DNA of 64,000 bases from Mytilus californianus (lineage: Eukaryota), in contig NW_026262701.1 in the NCBI RefSeq assembly GCF_021869535.1, positions 21,514,001 through 21,578,000 on the forward strand, given 5' to 3'. Shown one piece after another: positions 12,522 through 26,580 of this stretch. A model generated the notes under the pieces. That model did not search any database, was not told the origin of the DNA, and saw only the letters and a list, made by a program, of their open reading frames with translations. Each line of letters opens with the position of its first letter. The first letter of the stretch is position 1. The position numbers were made by a program, and so were the translations under genes.

Positions 12522-14351
12522 TCAATAATATATTCTTCCCGATCGACCTTTATTCCAGCCTTTATTCCAACCTTTATTCCAGCCATAACCTCTGGGATAT
12601 CTATTGTATCCGTTGTAGTTACCTCTGTAACGCCTTGGATCATTATAGTTTGGACCATAATACTGAAATATTGAAAAACGATAAAAGTGAGAATCAATGC
12701 TGATGTATATTCAATAACGAAAACTACTAAGTATTCCATATCAAAATACGTGTCAGGGTTAAATTTTGTAGGAGTGGGGAGAAAATAACAGATTTTGTTT
12801 CATACAATTTTTTGTAAATACAGCAAAACACTCATCACCCAAACTTTGTATTTGAATTTAAAAAATATGTAGATGTTTTATTCGCATAGTTTTTCGATCT
12901 CTCATTAGCGTTTTAAAATCAATAGAAAGTTTGGGCTTCAAAATACAACAAAATTATTCAATAATTCATACAGAGCATTCGCCTTCGTAAAGTATATTTT
13001 TAACACATAATACACGAATGCACAGCAAAATGATTTCTTAAAATTCTGAAAAAAATATTTTTTTATTCAGTGGTTGAAAGGAAACCATGGTATAGCAAAC
13101 ATCGAATTGCTTCACAAAATCTTATCACACACTATAGACAGTAGTAAATAAATCTCAAAGGGACGTAAAAAATTCATAAGAACCGTTACACTAGATTCAA
13201 AAAAATAATATTTAGATAAAGCTATATACCGCTAGAGATGATGAATTGGGACAGGCATATAAACATATGACGGGGTTGTTAAGTATTTAAACACCCCAAA
13301 ACACAACGATTTTTTTTTAAATGCGGTGGACATTGATTTTGATAAGCTAAATAACAAGTATTATTATGTAGTGCGCTTGCAAAAATTGAGACATCAATCC
13401 GACAAGACACATGGACAGCTGATGTGAACAACGTAAGGTCACCTTATGGCATGAAAATCTAGTACACAAAATAGTTTCCTTCAAACACATTCATATTTTC
13501 AGATATTACAAAAAACATTATGACATCGGTTATTGAATCAACGCACAATAGATAGACAAAACTGATATAATTTATTTGTATTATTACTTGTAGTTGCTAT
13601 AAATTCATGTATACTATAGCGCTCATCTCTGTGTTCCATGTCTATATTGTTCATTTTATCCAAAATTGTATATTGTGTAAAGGATACCTCTTCAATACAT
13701 TACATTGTTTGTTATTGTTATGTCACTTAAAAAAATAAAAGTATTTAAAAACTTACATCACCTGCATCTGAAAAAAAACAGAAGCAAAAATAAATTAGGT
13801 TCAATAATTCTAAACAAAAAAATTGTTTATTATGTCTGAAACTTTATTTGCTAATCAAAAAAATATATCTTAAAAAATGACTGTATACGTGTAGTGTAAG
13901 TAAATCTAGTACATGAATTCGTCATTTATTATGAAAGATAAATAGTACAAATATATGTAATGAAAAGTTTAATGAAGAAACAGAGCTATAATATATCAGA
14001 TATCTTTTAACAACCACTTTATTTGTTACTACGTTTTCAAATTTATGTTGTCCGGTTTCAAACAATGCCTTTGCATTTTAAATGTACGTATGCTACGATG
14101 AATCAAGAATATTAACTTCATGAAAAGATAGTAACTTTTTTCATATAGACTGTTATCATACATTTTGGCAGTTACTAAAATTAAAAAAAAGACATAGAAT
14201 AAATTCCAACAGTCTGTTTGAAATTAATAAAAAATGTTGAAAGTACAAAATATTTTCAACAATTCAAGAAAATTTTTTACATACCACTTTGCACAGCAAA
14301 TGATCCAATAAGGACTACAGCCAACAAAACTGCGACGTTGAGATTATTCAT
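12522..14351 (-). CDS. mfp-3: Mussel foot protein-3, copy A' (duplicate of A)
   Basis: Exons 14351-14285, 13767-13757 and 12662-12522 read the same as copy A shifted by 8841 nt. The gene lies in the second unit of the tandem duplication, so it may be an assembly duplicate. Confidence 0.85.
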
Positions 14352-16546
14352 TGTTTTCCTTTCAAACAGATTGCAGGAAGAAGCTGATTACTCAGAATTA
14401 TCCTTTGTTCTTGATGACATTAGTTTGCGCTTTTTATATACTTTGTTCAATCAACTCACTGCAGATCTGTTAATCAAGAGGAAAAATTATCACACACATG
14501 TTCCTGTTACAATAAGATTAAAATAAAAATAAAAATGTCAGTGTATTACATAATCCGTATACCTTGTCAAATTATTTGCAACAATGGAAATTGAAACAGG
14601 AAAAATCCATAAAATGTAGATTATTTCATCAATATGATTCATTAAAAGAGAAATATAGCTGTTGTAATAAATGACTAAACCATGTTTGTTTTTCTAACAA
14701 AAGCAATGCAATTACATAACATAATTTTGCTACTTCACCTTTTCAGTAATTCAGAACAAAGCGAATTTAAAAATCTCACGGTGGGGAAGGTTGTCCAGCG
14801 ATAGAAAGCTCTGTGCTGTTGATTTGGTTATGACCGACGCTGGAGAATTTTGAAAATGTGTAAACATAGACGAAAAAGATTAGTGTAGACGTTTTCTCAA
14901 ATAGAACATTAAAAAATAATTGAAAGGTTTTCATTTTGTTTCTGATGGATTAAAAAAAAAGCAAATAAAAAATTTCCCCTTTACATTGTTTTAGTGTGCA
15001 TAATACAAATGTTCTCATTTCTTAAACAACTAGGACGGACAAAATATAAAAAAAAAAGAATTCCTGGAGTCTGTTTTCTAAACAAAACTAGTGATGTGTG
15101 ACAAGACCGATTTGAATCAAACGTTACAGAATCAACACAATTGAACAAAGATTGTATTCAATTGTATTAAATGTATCATAAACATCGTTCTTAGCAGACA
15201 TAACGTAAAACCTGGACATATGTGCTATTGATATCACATGGCGTCCGTAGTGGCTGTTGTCGTCGTTGTCGACCTCAAAATAAACGTACTCTAAACTACA
15301 GTGCAAAATGTTACTAATCTAATTTTTCTTAGTAAAGTTAGGTAAAAATAGATATGAAAAGAATTAAAAACCATTTGTTCAGAGAACAATTGAATGTGTT
15401 TTTACCTCACATCTTGATATTTTAGATATAAATGAACTTTTCATGTCGGGGCCTGTTATTGCCGACTATAAGCTATGAGTTTTGTCATTGTTGTAGTCCA
15501 TACGGTTGCTTCTAATTGCTTGCATCCACTTCATTCGAACTCTAGTGGGTAGTTGTCTTATTGGCAATCATACCACAACTCCTTATTTTAATTTTTATAC
15601 AGATATGCCCTAAAAAATTTTAACAAACAAATTGAACTTTAGTAAAAACAGTTATTTATTAAATTTCATCAGGTCATTTAAAAGAAGACACAAATCGAGG
15701 CAAGAAAAAAAAATGAGGGGATTATAGAAACTCCAACGAAATCGTCGACAACGAAAGTATCTCCTGCTACACATGCTTCAACCGCCATGCGAAACCAAAC
15801 TCGAAAAGACATAAAACATGTCAAATGAGAAAATGCACAGTTTTGATTAATAACTACAGTTTTTCACAGAAAAAGTTTGTGGTACAGATTTTTGTCTAGA
15901 AAGTGGACTCTAGGAAAACAAATTTCTTCCCATCTTGTACATATATTTTGAAAATAAGCAATTTTGTGTTAGGCATAGTGAAACAGTGTAGAGAGCCAAT
16001 TTTTTCATTGCTTGTTTTTGAACCCATAAGAAACAAAATTAAAATATTTTAATCATTTCTTTTCATGTTAATTCGCAGAAACGTCAAAAATCTTCTTTTT
16101 CATCTTTGTTTACATATTTCAACGATAACCAGCATTGGTCATGACCAAATAGCCTCATTTTGATATCTTGTTAGTTATATTTAGATTTAAAGCTTTTCCC
16201 AAAAATATATTTGGCTACAAAATATATTTTACAAAGCTATATTAAAATAGACTTTTTCACTTTTTTGGTCTTTTGGAAATTGTTGTTTGTGCTGTATTTA
16301 GACCCCTCTACCAAGAAATTTGTTTTACATGCACACGTATAAAAAATGCGGTATTTATCAAACGCAATCATAGGTTTGAACGTTGTTTTCAATTTAGACT
16401 TTTATATATTTTTTCGTTTGGGCTTGTATTATATTTTCCTTCGGGTTTATATGATCCGTTCATCCTATTTCGACTCTTTAAAATTCAAGAGTCTTTCCTA
16501 AATTGAGGTAAATTATATGGCCTTCCAAATACCGTTTCGATCCCTA

Positions 16547-16590
16547 ACATCACTGAAGAGACATAAATTGTCGAAATCCGGATATGGTGT
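16547..16590 (+). ncRNA. Minimal type I hammerhead ribozyme (duplicate)
   Basis: Same sequence as 7707-7750, offset 8840 nt. Confidence 0.7.
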
Positions 16591-18279
16591 ACACATTTTT
16601 GCACCTCATGTTTGTGGTAAACCATCTTTTCCACAAGTTTATTGTTTTCTGTTTGGTATTAAATTAATATTAAGATCCATTTTGTTAGATCTGGTGATCA
16701 ATATATTTGGCAATCGCCAATGGCAGTCAGCAGGGTTTAAGAACATCAGTTGTTCGACCTGTTAGTAAAATGCGTTTTGTTAAAATATACTTTTTCACTT
16801 TTTTGGTCTTTTGGAAATTGTTGTTTGTGCTGTATTTAAACCCCTCTACCAAGAAATTTGTTTTACATGCACTCGTATAAAAATTGCGGTTTTTATCCAA
16901 CGCAATCATAGGTTTGAACGTTGTTTTCAATTTAGACTTTTATTATATATATATATATATATAAAAAAAAAATTGAAAAAAAAATCTGTAAATTTCATGA
17001 GCCCGAAGCATGTTGTCTAGATTGACTTTCATCCGGAACTCTCAGAGCCGAATATTTGAAAGCCAAGAATGTATTAGAACCGAATCAGTTGAAGATCTAT
17101 ATGACCAAACAGGACCTATGATACCAACCAAATCCATCGAAAGTCAACTTTGCCCGAGATTGGTTTCCATTGGCAAAACATGTGTGACGCTATGTAAATA
17201 ATAACTTTTTATAGAAAGTAAACATTTGAATATATGAAGCAGTTAAATTTTAAATTTATCACGATGTATCAATGCCCAGAATGTGTAAAGACAAAATGTA
17301 TACGAATAAATATCAGCAAAACCAAAATAAGCGACACATTATGCAATTCTGGTATTTAAGTTATTGTGTCCTATTGTAATACAAGAACATTGCTACGAAA
17401 TTTAGTTACATTTGAAAAAGTCGTAAAATGCTATACTTTGTTCTATACTCAATCTGGTAGATAAATTAAGAAGAAACGCTTTCTAATATACACTCAAGTG
17501 ATGTGGCGTATTCGTTAATAAGACAGCACCCAATGGGATATATAGTGGTCAAAACACTATCTTTTACAATTGACAAATCTAGCTAATGCCTTACCAGGTC
17601 AGGAATATGACAGTTGTTTCCATTCGTTTGATGTGTTTGCGCTTTATATTTTGCCATTTGATAATAGACTTTCCGTTTTGAATTTTTTGAATTTGAGTTC
17701 GGTATTTTTGTTATTTTAATTTCTCTATATACAATATATATAGTACTAAATAAACTGGAAGCTAAACATCTGTGCAAAAATCAAATGGGGACGTAAAATA
17801 GTATCATAACACAAGATTCAAAGGTTATGAATGACTTCAAGTCATCGTACAACCTGCAACTCTACTTCAGTATAGTGTATATTTCATTCGAAAAACTTTT
17901 TTTTCTATATTTGGATATGTGGTATGGAACCAATAAAACATAAAAACCACTTTCACAGTTCATGTATATAATTAGTTACTATATATAACTGTATAAAATG
18001 GGACTCAGCTCCCAATTCCTTGTATATCGTGTACATTTATAAAGAATATTATATGGCTTTTCCAATATCGTCACGGATGGCTGACACAGAACGAATGTCA
18101 TTGATTGTATTATAAAAAAAAATTCTTGTACTAACTGTAAAGTTCATAATAAAACCCAATATTGAAAACTGTATAAATGATATGACATTAATAAGTTGTT
18201 TGTCTGAATTTCTTAAAGTACACTTTTTTTCTGTAATTCTTATGTCATATAACAAACTTCTGGTATTTCAAAAACTTAT

Positions 18280-19053
18280 ATGACCTGCATCTAAAAAAAA
18301 ATTATCAATTATAATTAATGTTTATTTAATCTTAAAGAAATTATGTTTCACCACTGTCTGAAAATTTTACCTTCAAATAAAAAATGATATTTGAAAAAGA
18401 AATGTAAATAAGAGTCTTAGTGTAAAAAAAAATCCAGAAGAATTCGTCATGTACCAGACAATATAATAAATTACAATTTATATATAAAGACTGATTGAAA
18501 ACTAAAAGGACAAAACAATAGAAGAGCTAAAATATACTTAACATTTTCAACAACCATTTTATTTGTACCTACATTTTCAGATTTCTATCGTCTGGTTTCA
18601 TTCAAATTGTTAATAATGCACAATACTTATGCATTTTGAATATATTGATGCAATAAAATTGAAAACTAAAGAATATGTGAAAAGTTGCTGAATTTGAGAA
18701 AGCATATTATCACGTTCTTCTTCTTTTTTTTCATCTTTTGTTGTTATAACTGCCCGGTTTTGTATGCCAAAAAGAGTTAATTCAATTGTTTGGCGTTTTT
18801 GTGAAAATCTCTGAACCTTTTCACAAAGAAAATGAATACTTAGATTTTTGCATGCAGTGAATGTCTTTATCAAAAAAATCCGACATACCATATTTGGCAA
18901 CAATTACGTAGTATGTTTGACAATTGATAAGAATGTTTAAAGAATACAATATGGTGAACAAATTTTATCAATTAAAGTTTTACTTACCACTCTGCACGGA
19001 AATAATCCAATCAGGACTAAAGCCAGCATAACTGTAAGACTGAATTTGTTCAT
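18280..19053 (-). pseudogene. mfp-3: Aberrant mfp-3 copy B' (duplicate of B)
   Basis: Exon 1 at 19053-18988 and micro-exon at 18290-18280 carry the same two lesions as B, offset 8840 nt. Confidence 0.75.
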
Positions 19054-20519
19054 TGCTTCTAAATTAAGGAGAGGCTGATTGCTAAGAATTATCCTGTATT
19101 CTGGCTGACAATTTTCTGCGCTTTATATACATTGTTCAATTAACTCACTGCAAATCGAGAGAAAAAACAATTACACACATGTTCCTATAACAATAGGATT
19201 TAAAATGTAAATGTATTTCATAATCCGTTTTCCTTGTCAAGTTAGATGCAAGAATGAAAATTAAAAATATAAGAAATATTAAAAAAGTTGATTATTTTAT
19301 CTTTATGATTCATATTCATATTTTTATATTGCTTTTAGGTGACAACCTTATTTTTGTGTTTCAAACAAAGGCCGTTGCAAAGCATGCACTTACACATACA
19401 GTTTTTTTAAAAAGACGACTGCTAATTTAAAAATCAGCACATTTTAGATGGTTTTCAACAGAATATGGTAAGTGGATAGACCGTTTTTGTTGAACCCATG
19501 GTTTTTTACAATACTATACCGGTAATTATTTATGAGTTTTTCATTGGTCTTGCCCATATGTACTCTGATTAAAATTTATCCATTTTAGGCAATATCATGA
19601 TTCCAACAAAGTTATTGTTTTGTTCTGTATGTTCTTTTTCCCCAAACGTTAGCATTATCGGAAAAGAACTTACACAAAGTTTTCCGATTTCTGCATAGTA
19701 TGTACGAAACAAGTTCCTATCATACCTTGTATTTTGAATACAAAACTCGCTTCTACCTTCTGCTTTGACTTAACGTTGACTCCTAGAACATATATCAGGG
19801 TCTTAAAAGTGTGAAGAGTTTTAACTATTACGAGCTAACTAAACATTTCAGTCATAATGATTTATTTGTAGATCTAGTTTTGCTGATCTTTTCTCTATTC
19901 AAATTTCTACATATTATACTTTTCAAAATAAAAGGCAAATACGCAAAAGCAATGTCTTCTTTAAGGAGTCATGATTTCGGTCATTGACTTTTTTGTAGAT
20001 CTTTTCTTGCTGATCTTGCTGTTTCATATTTAAAATTATTTCCTATGCATAAAAGATTTCAAGACAAAAACGCAAAACATTTGTACAAATCGTCTTTAAA
20101 GGACAAACCTCAAATAAGAACGATTTCGGTAATGTTAGATTATTTGTAGTTCTTGTCTTGCTGATCAGTTTTGCTCTTAACGTTTTTCTCTATCTGTTAT
20201 AGTCTTAATAAAAATATAAAAGGCAAAAATGAAAATAAATTGGTAAAAGTTTTTATTTAACGACAATCAATCTTATAAAAAGTCGCAAAACAGATGTGAT
20301 CTAAATGGACATTATATAGGTTGCAACATTTTGAACATTTCTGCCCGCCAGATTTTCTCAATCTATAGCGGTTTCAAGATAACAAACACAAATGACATTT
20401 AAAACCTGTGTTCTATTTTTAGCCATGTCGCCCATGTTGGTTAGCAGACAGGATAATTTATTTGCAATGTCTTATGTATTTATAAAATAGTTCCTTTACG
20501 TTTATTACAGATTTAAAAA

Positions 20520-20891
20520 TGCATTATTTGTAGTGAAAAGAAACCATGTCAGCATGTGTTGTGAACAACTTCCTTATAGAACTATAGTCAAACAATGGAA
20601 TTACAATATAATGGTTTATTAATATCAATTACAATATAATCATGATGTAAATATTATGTCAAGCGAACACTTATATGTTTTAAATTATGATCCGATTTAT
20701 TCGTGAAACTTTTACTTTTTTTTGTAAGTTACCATTAGTGTATTTAAAAATTCGGAGCAATACAGTTAGCTTCTATAGCTTTAGCAAGCATGGTGTATCT
20801 TTTTGTAGTCTTGGTACCTTTCCTTGCAGTATTTGCATCTACTAAATGTTGTGTTTATGTTGAACGCATCTTTCCCATCAACCGGATCTAA
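20520..20891 (+). other. mfp-5-like 5' region and signal-peptide-like exon 1 (orphan)
   Basis: ATG at 20790 begins MVYLFVVLVPFLAVFASTK. TTTGTAGTCTTGGTAC matches the mfp-5 exon-1 core TGTGTAGTCTTGGTGC. A GT follows exactly 58 nt after the A of ATG, as in mfp-5. The upstream ~270 nt align by eye to 47570-47850 (inverted) and more weakly to the mfp-5 upstream region. Confidence 0.6.
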
Positions 20892-22179
20892 AATGGTCCA
20901 CTGATATAATTAAGCTTATGTCATACCTTAACCTACATCTACCAAATGCCAATGAGAGCCGGTGGATCGATCGAGAACTAAACCTCACCACAAAAGAGAT
21001 GACTTAAGTTTTCCTATTATCTCATTGTGTATATGATCTTGCAGAGCTTGCGTTTCCTATACTGATTTCCTTGATAAAGGTTTGTTGCTTACTAGGAAAC
21101 AATGAAACCACAGGTTGTCAAGTTTATATCGTCTCTTTAAGAAAACCAACGGACGCCGTCATGATTCTTTTAACCGTCATTGAAAACATATTTCAGGTTT
21201 TCAACAGCCAGTACGCGAAAGAAGTTACTTCTCAGTGGAAAACCAAATGTCTCTTTGAAGTAATTTTAAGTACTAGTATTAAGTTTTCGATCAAAATGTG
21301 CTGTAATTTGATGATTTCTACTTTGGTTAACGAAAGTTTTTACTGATTTACTTGTACACTTGACTAAATTTTGTGTTTAAATTATTTTAGACAAATACCG
21401 TTTCTTCAAAAAAAAACAAAAACAAAAATTTGAAAACCGGTTTTTGTAATACTGGTCTAAGATAAATATATCTAAACACAAATAGAACAATTCCCACTTA
21501 ATCTATTTGAATTTAAAAATTACATTGCCAAAAAATATTTCGAACAATATGTAAGACAATTGATATTATGTAAAGTTAGGTTTTAGTTTGAAACAGAGAA
21601 TAATTATATATGAGTGTTTTGAATATGAACCAATTATGTGTAAGTATGTGTTCAGTTACAAAACAAAACTAATTAAACAATAAAAAATAAAACCTGATAT
21701 AGAATTAAATTAATGAAATTAAGAAATACAATTTTGCTAAGGAGCAAACCTATGTTTTTTTAAATGAATATAATTTTTTTTAGATTTAAACTGTTTTGAT
21801 TAAAGCGTCACTGCTGAGTCTTATGCAGACGAAACGAGCGTTTGGCGTTCACAATTATAAGCCTGGTATTTTTAATATGTTTTTACAACCACTGTGTCGA
21901 TGACACTACTCGTGGACATTCCCTGAGGGAATCACCAGCCCAGTAAAATATCATTGATATGCTCTTTTAACGGTAAATCAACTGTTTATGAAATGTTGAA
22001 AATTATTCGAAAGGTTTTTACTACCCCTATGTGTAGATTGCCTCACCCTTATTAGGCACAACACGTTTAACTTTTAATTTCTTAATGCTCGTCAACTTCA
22101 TAATTGATTTGCCACACCCCCCCCCCTACCCCCCAACTGATAAATTCGAGCTTCACTGTTGACTCTTATGTAGACACAG

Positions 22180-22587
22180 AAACTCATCTAAGATACCAGG
22201 GTAAATAAACTGTTGTACGCAAAACGGGCGTTTCGTCTACTAAAAAAACTCATCTAAGATACCAGGGTTAATAAACTGTTGTACGGAAGAAGGGCGTTTC
22301 CTCTACAAAAAAACTCATCTAACATACCAGGGTTAATAAACTGCTGTACGCCAGACGGGCGTTTCGTCTTCAAAAAAACTCATCTAAGATACCAGAGTTA
22401 ATAAACTGTTGTACGCCAGACGGGCGTTTTGTCTACAAAAAACTCATCTAAGATACCAGGGTTAATAAACTGTTGTACGCCAGACGGGCGTTTCGTCTAC
22501 AAAAATACTAATCTAAGATAACAGGGTTAATAAACTGTTGTACGCCAGACGGGCGTTTCGTCTACAAAAGACTCATCAGTAACGCTC
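22180..22587 (-). repeat. Tandem array of six ~65-nt hammerhead-derived units
   Basis: Units start near 22180, 22246, 22311, 22376, 22440 and 22505. The minus strand of 22587-22542 is GAGCGTTA-CTGATGA-GTC(TTTTGTA)GAC-GAAA-C(GCCC)G-TC-TGGCGT. The paralogous position at about 76-140 has one unit. Confidence 0.85.
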
Positions 22588-25500
22588 GAATCAAACAAGT
22601 TATATACGAAGTTGAAGGGCATTTTGGAAAAACATTCCGATAGGTTTTGCCAGACACAGCTAATGTTATCTATTCCTAGGGTAGAAAGTTCTTAGTAATT
22701 TAAAAAACGTTTTGTAAAAAGTTAATTATTAAATTTATGAAACTCAAGTATCGTTCAAATTATAATGCAGGTATCATTGATGATTTTTTTTTTATTGAAA
22801 GACGGATCATGGGTCCAAACTTCACTTAGAAGGATCTGGCACTGCTTTGTTTAATTTTCTGTTTTCGAGATCTTCGGGTTTTATAATAAACATCTACAAA
22901 GAATGGAATTTCCTCCAGGAGAGAATCGAAATGCAAACTTTGTTTAAATCTGCTGGAATTTGATTATTTAAATGTTTAAATAATTATAGGTCTACAAACA
23001 TTATACACATATCAATATGGCAATGATGATATCATTCATAAAAACAAACGGCCAAACCTGTGTGAAGACAGTGTTGATATAAAATTGCAAATCTTATATA
23101 TCTTTGTTGTTTCAAGTTGCATACAAGACATCCTTAATAAACCTACATTTTGTCCATACATAACTTACTTTCAAAGAATTTTATTTTGATTAAGGATGTT
23201 CTCCTTATTAAATTTTGCGATAATTATGGAAAATTTACCAAAATCTACCAAAACTGCAGTACTGAGAAATCTTTAGGTCTGTAATTTTTTTCACTTATTC
23301 AGAATATGTCATAAGGTTATGAAAACGTCACTGGATTGAAAAGCTTCTACAAATGACCCTTCTTGAAATCTAAGAAAAATTAGCCTTGCTTTAATCATTG
23401 GTTGACGTATTTACTACCAACAGAGAAAGTAAAACTAATGATTGTTTTGATCAACTTGTATTAAACATAATCAAATTCATAAAGTTTCCATTGCAGATCT
23501 TTTATATAAATATTAAAAGCATAATTGTATTGTAGTAATTGGTATGAAATAAAACTATGACCCAAAGTCTTTTCAATCGAAATATGAATAGAAAAAATTA
23601 AACAATACAATAAAAATAATGGAATTGTACTCACTTTCCGTTGTATTGATCTGATCAAGCAAAATGGATAAAAACCAATATTATGTTTTACTTGTCACAC
23701 CATACTTGTAAAAGATGTATAAAATTCATGAAAAGTAAATAATCTTTTTAAAAAAATGGAAACTATTAAAAACAAATTGTGCACTCCGTAAAATAAATAG
23801 CTATTTCTACTAAAAACAAGAGGCGGCAAATACTAAATAGACATTCAAAACTCATATGTTGATTGAAAACTTTAATGTACAAAAACTATGATACAAACTA
23901 TGAGGTTAAAAAAATGTGTTTTTTTATATATATTTTTCACCGAATGAGCTTGAAACAAAATAAGAAAAATACGAAGGATTGATCACAAAGTACGACACCA
24001 TTTTATATATCATAATCATTTGATAGACAATCTGCGACTCGATATAAATCACAATAACATGTATTAAACATACACATCCCTAACTTAGTTTTTTTCATCC
24101 TCAGCTTTTACATTTTTGGTTGAAAGCGTTCTTAATAAAGGCAAATCTAGAAAAGCTTTTTGGAATCTTCAAATTATAAAGTGTTATTTTCATGTAAAAA
24201 ATCCTCACACCATTGAAACGGAACATTTCGTTTAGCAAACGTTTTGGCTAGTATAATGCCTGTTACAAAAGTAGTTTTAGTAATTTTTATTTCACGTTCA
24301 TTGAAGTATGAGAAATAACTATTACTACTTATGGAAGAAGCCAATGGAACATCAGCATCATGAAAAGAAACATTTGCATAGAAAAGGGAAAAGTTGTTCC
24401 GTGTATCATCCATTTTGTGTGCCCTTAAAAATATGTAAACAAGAGTGAAAGGGGCAAACAACCTTTGTATCATAAAAGTTTTCAAACGGACAAAGAATTA
24501 TCAATGTTTATACTTTTGATAGTATTTCATGAGTGAATGTGTCAATGTATTGTAACAGTATAGGGCCAATAATAAGTCCAGTCGAAAGAACTATTGGTTG
24601 GAAAAAAATCGTTGTTTTAAAGTCAATACCATTTGTATAAAATAAGCATTATACAGGAAAATCACAAACAAATGATCACGAGAGCATACAATGTGTGTAT
24701 CAGTATGTCTATTTTTTTTAAAATTTGCATTGCCATGTTGCACTATTTTTAAAATTTACATACGACTTTACTTTACAATAACATTGACGGTGCCAATTTT
24801 ACTGTAACAAATGCGTATTTTGACAATTGGTGTCGTTCAGTGATGCTCGAGTGCAAAGTATTTGAAAGTCGAAAACTAAGTAATATCGTTAAAGAGCTTA
24901 TAATCCTTTGATTTTTATTCATATGACAAAATTGTGATTCCCGTTTAAGTTTGTAATCCTAAAACGGTGTCTACAGAATCTGCATAGACTTATGATATAT
25001 ACGTGTTTGTTTAGAAGTTTGGAAAGTCCTTATCGTTGAAAATTTGAGGGACAAGACATAATTTGAAATTGACAATGCATATTAGCAAAAGTAAGTATTT
25101 TGAAGGGACGGTGCACAAATAACCTGATGAATGGACTTGTTAATGCTCAGTTTTGTGTCTAATATAGTCAACTGTAGTTTACCAATTTTTAAATGTTTCT
25201 TCCCACCTAAAGATTTCTATATCAAATCTTATATATAGCTTCATCAAGCTCGTGCTGTTATCCATATAAAATGGAATTCTGATAGAAATTTTTTGAAGCT
25301 TATCATACAACTCTAATAAACATTTGTCCTATGTGAATTGTATGACGTTCAAGTAACATTTCTTTGATTTATCATAAAACTGCTTCTCCTCCCTCTCATT
25401 GAAAATGGTAGGTTAAACTTGATTTTATAGCTAGCTAAATCTCCTTCTTATATGACAGTTGTTAATAGTTCAGTTAGATTTACATTATTGGGTGAGCAAC

Positions 25501-26019
25501 CGAAACAGCTATGATAATTAATGTGACAATACTTTGGATCCAGCAGCCAAAACATACACATAAATCTAACAAAGACGCCAACAAAAAAGATGTTGTAGTT
25601 GATAGTAAATCATCAAAGACGCAGATAAAAAGTTTTTGTAGTTGATAGTACTCATCGTTTACGTATGAAGTATACACTCTCTCGATAAAGTACAAAATAA
25701 GTAAAACATAATTAGAAGGATTAACAAAACTGAAACAACACTGTAAAAACATCTTCGTCCGAAACTAAAGACAAACCTGCACCAGGAACACCCAGAGTCA
25801 ATTACTCGATAGCGGATGCATAAATACAAGTCACGTAAAAAATCATACCACAAAATGAAGCATTCTAGCACGAAAAAAAAAAATAAATTGAAATATGTTA
25901 AGTAAATAAAAAGATATACAACTTCAGCACCTAGAATCTATAACTCAAGACCATCTTGTATTATTGGTGAAATATTTATCTATAAGTTATTGGTTCTTTC
26001 GAATGAACTTTTTGAGAAA

Positions 26020-26580
26020 AAAAGACAAAACCCTGGCTCGTTCAGTTTTTGCTCAGACACCGATGAGTTGAGAAATGTATACTACATACGTAGGTGAAGT
26101 TAGTATATTGCTGCTAAGGTGATGAACATTTATAATTACATTGAAATCGTCTCGTTTGTCATTGATTCTGGTACTGAAATTACAGGTTGATGTCTAACAA
26201 TGAGGCGGAAGAAGCTGTATCTGTGTTTAATTTAATTTAATCTCTAGTTAAGAAGGATATGTTATTAGGACCCAATTAAGAAAAGTTTGGATTGTTGATG
26301 GAAAGAACACCAACAATATATCCGTGCAATTATGTGCAATTTAATGATCTAGCTTCTTTGATCTTTTTGATTTTACAATTGTCTGAAGGAAATCCGTTTT
26401 TTAAATCTTCATGTGGTATGATGGTGTAAAGGGTGGAAAATTGAGATTTTGATAGAATTCAGTTGAGAGAATAACCGAGATTAAAAATTTTCAGATGTTT
26501 TTTTGAGTTCTTTAGAATCGACGTATGGTTAATGCCACTACGCGAGTAAACAGTATTTCTGTAATCCCTTCTTCTGTAGG
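26020..26580 (-). mobile_element. Penelope-like RT fragment, paralog of 2490-3230
   Basis: Colinear decayed copy downstream of mfp-3 C, sharing e.g. TTTTTGCTCAGACACCGATGA and AATGCCACTACGCG.GTAAACAG with the A flank. Confidence 0.75.

Larger units (their letters stand above)
2418..20099. repeat. Head-to-tail 8.84-kb tandem duplication (units 2418-11258 and 11259-20098)
   Basis: Every track ORF recurs at +8841 or +8840. The junction at 11258/11259 has 1 nt of microhomology. By eye I found six substitutions and one poly-A indel between the units. Confidence 0.97.

Noticed and set aside
22180-22587. CRISPR-like appearance of the 65-nt array
   Set aside because: There are no unique spacers, the DNA is eukaryotic, no cas genes are present, and the units are hammerhead-derived.
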